From NCBI GenBank assembly GCA_021780615.1, contig JAJXYJ010000021.1, positions 3,819 to 67,818 on the forward strand: a DNA stretch of 64,000 bases. The letters run 5' to 3'. Numbering within the stretch: the first letter of the stretch is position 1; each line of letters begins with the position of its first letter. Below, in pieces: positions 61,858 to 64,000 of this stretch. Position numbers and translations under genes: made by a program. The notes beneath the pieces are model-generated. The model did no database searches. It had not been told where the DNA came from and was given only the letters and a program-made list of their open reading frames with translations. The DNA comes from a bacterium. GTDB taxonomy: Bacteria; Patescibacteriota; Minisyncoccia; UBA6257; JAGOQP01.

Positions 61858-62706
61858 ATGAATGCTACTGCCTTAAGTGTTACTAGGCTCAATACTACTG
61901 TATTTCGCCGCATGGTATATGGCTATTTTAAAAAGCACGGCAGAGATTTGCCGTGGCGGTATCAGGTAACGCCGTATCGGGTATTGGTATCAGAAATTAT
62001 GTTGCAACAGACACAGGTGGATCGAGTCATTCCTGCATTCAAACGATTTATAAAAACATTTCCCACTATCCGCTCGCTTGCCGATGCTTCTTTGCGCGAC
62101 GTGCTTGCCGCATGGCAGGGGTTAGGATACAACCGCCGCGCGCGATTTTTACACGAAACGGCGCAGCGCATGGTAAAAGAATATCACGGTCGCGTGCCGG
62201 CAGATCCCATAGTATTAGAAACGTTTCCCGGCATCGGCAAAAATACAGCCGCTTCCATTTGTGCGTTTGCCTTTGATGCACCGGTGATATTTATTGAAAC
62301 TAATATTAGAAGTGTCTACATTAAATATTTTTTTTCGGGTATGGCATCAGTTCGTGATGAGGATATTTTAAATATCGTGGCGCACACGATGGATCGGAAA
62401 CATCCGCGCCAGTGGTACAGCGCACTCATGGATTTTGGGTCCGACCTCAAAAAGCGTGAGTCAAACCCGAGTAGAAAAAGTGCTCATTATGTACGTCAAA
62501 AGCCATTCAAGGGATCTGTGCGCGAAACACGGGGAGCAATCATGCGCGCATTACTCGCACATCCGCAGGGTATGACGGCAAAGGCTTTATTGGGGCAGGA
62601 GCATGTTTCTGGGGCGCACCTCAAGGATGTTCTTGTTGCCCTGAATAAGGAGGGGGTTATTACCAATAAAAAAACCTCCGCCGGGAAAAAATTCTTTATT
62701 GCGTGA
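61858..62706 (+). CDS. mutY: A/G-specific adenine glycosylase, short form lacking Fe-S cysteines
   Basis: RDLPWR, VSEIMLQQTQV, WQGLGYNRRA, PGIG, ALMDFG. Confidence 0.92.
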   Translation: MNATALSVTRLNTTVFRRMVYGYFKKHGRDLPWRYQVTPYRVLVSEIMLQQTQVDRVIPAFKRFIKTFPTIRSLADASLRDVLAAWQGLGYNRRARFLHETAQRMVKEYHGRVPADPIVLETFPGIGKNTAASICAFAFDAPVIFIETNIRSVYIKYFFSGMASVRDEDILNIVAHTMDRKHPRQWYSALMDFGSDLKKRESNPSRKSAHYVRQKPFKGSVRETRGAIMRALLAHPQGMTAKALLGQEHVSGAHLKDVLVALNKEGVITNKKTSAGKKFFIA

Positions 62707-62782
62707 GTGCCTGATGTGCATGCTATGAAAGTTATGCACCTTCAGAATATCGTGGCATGATACAATAAAACTACATTACGTT

Positions 62783-64000
62783 ATGGTTACGCAACAACTC
62801 GTTGAGTATATACAAAATCAATTGCGGTCGGGACAAAATCCGGAATCTATTAAACAAATTTTACGTGGGCATGGATGGGGCGAAGATGATATTGGCGAAG
62901 CATTCTTCCAGGCATCAGGAGCATCAAGTCAGTCTCCCATAGCCAGTCCGGGCAATCAGCCCGTACGGCAGGATTTTGCGTTTGATGCGCAGGCACATGT
63001 GGCGGTATCGGGCACGGGTGATTGGTTTTCAGGAAAAAAGAAATTAATAAGCATTATAGCCAGTGTCGTGGTCCTTTTGGGCGGGGGAGGATATGCCGCT
63101 TATTCATATGTTACCTCATCTCCCCAAGCACTGTTACAAAAAATGTTTGAAACATTGCCCACGGTGCAGACGGTGCAGGGAACTGCATCTATCAGTGCCG
63201 CGTGGAAAGATGCATCCGCTCCGCTTTCTTTAACATCTCTTATGGCGCCCTCCGGCCAGCGGCAGGCTGTTGCTCATGAGGCGACTAACACGCTTGAGCT
63301 TGATGTGACATCTTTTATAAATCTTATACAGACACAAACAAATCAATTTGTGTTTTCTGCGTCAACGACGTATGCCGGCGGGTATACCAACGGAACGCCG
63401 GTACATGTGGGGATTGATCTGGGCGGATCTGAAAATTTATTTTATGCAAAATTAAGCGGCCTAAGAGAAACGTTGACAGCATTAATTCCGGTTCCCCTTG
63501 ATGTCAGTTTTTTGGACAATCAGTGGATCAAGGTGGACACAACGCAAGCGGCGGCGCAGGCAAAAGACATGGGGCTCACCAATGCCACATCATCAGGGCC
63601 CACATTTTTTCAAAAACTTTCAACGCCAGACGTGCGGGCAAAAGTCATCGCCATTCTTAAAAATTCAAAAGCGATACAGAGCATGACTAAGGTGGGGGAT
63701 GAGTCCATTGATGGTGTCCCCACCGCGCATATTGCCTTAGTTATAAACGGTCCCGAGTTTCTTAAAACGGTCCAGGACTTAGCCGTTCTTGCTGGTGTTT
63801 CAACATCCACCCCAGTTGATCCTAATGGTCCCTTGCAAGCGCTTGATATTTGGATCGGCACCAGCGATTATTTGCCCCACAAGGTGGTGGCCACGCTGAA
63901 TGCGAATGCCATTATGCATACCAACGCAAATGGTACATCTGCGACACAGTTTTCTTTCCTGACTGTCGGCCTTTCGCGCCTTTCGTATAACGTGCCGTTT
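62783..64000 (+). CDS. Membrane-anchored protein with LppX/LolA-like extracellular domain (3'-truncated, absent from ORF track)
   Basis: MVTQQLVEYIQNQLRSG..GW N-terminus, one TM, later QWIKVD, GDESIDGVPTAH, IWIG..DYLP. Confidence 0.7.
   Translation, partial: MVTQQLVEYIQNQLRSGQNPESIKQILRGHGWGEDDIGEAFFQASGASSQSPIASPGNQPVRQDFAFDAQAHVAVSGTGDWFSGKKKLISIIASVVVLLGGGGYAAYSYVTSSPQALLQKMFETLPTVQTVQGTASISAAWKDASAPLSLTSLMAPSGQRQAVAHEATNTLELDVTSFINLIQTQTNQFVFSASTTYAGGYTNGTPVHVGIDLGGSENLFYAKLSGLRETLTALIPVPLDVSFLDNQWIKVDTTQAAAQAKDMGLTNATSSGPTFFQKLSTPDVRAKVIAILKNSKAIQSMTKVGDESIDGVPTAHIALVINGPEFLKTVQDLAVLAGVSTSTPVDPNGPLQALDIWIGTSDYLPHKVVATLNANAIMHTNANGTSATQFSFLTVGLSRLSYNVPF

Overview
Chromosomal segment whose gene set and style (alpha2-type GlyRS, PilB ATPase, LCP protein, intron- and insertion-rich 23S rRNA not linked to a 16S gene, many apparently leaderless genes) suggest a Patescibacteria/CPR (Parcubacteria-like) bacterium; this taxonomy is inferred. 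It carries housekeeping genes (glyQS, metG, glyA, folD, recA, ftsK, clpB, ruvB, valS, murD, recG, thyA, argS, mutY), a 23S-5S unit with a group I intron at L2593, and two tRNA-Arg genes (GCG, CCG). Three things stand out. (1) A complete diversity-generating retroelement: VR differs from TR at 16 adenines, avd is inverted with its start codon abutting the RT start, avd contains a G10 tract, and the RT has a 1-nt frameshift. (2) recG carries an in-frame GxxExxY PD-(D/E)XK nuclease cassette bounded by inverted repeats, plus a second 'empty' copy of the same repeat element. (3) Nested hairpin elements (7-nt periodic AT-rich arms, REP-like units) occur in intergenic spacers, two 23S helices, the intron and, in frame, valS, tsaE and murD.
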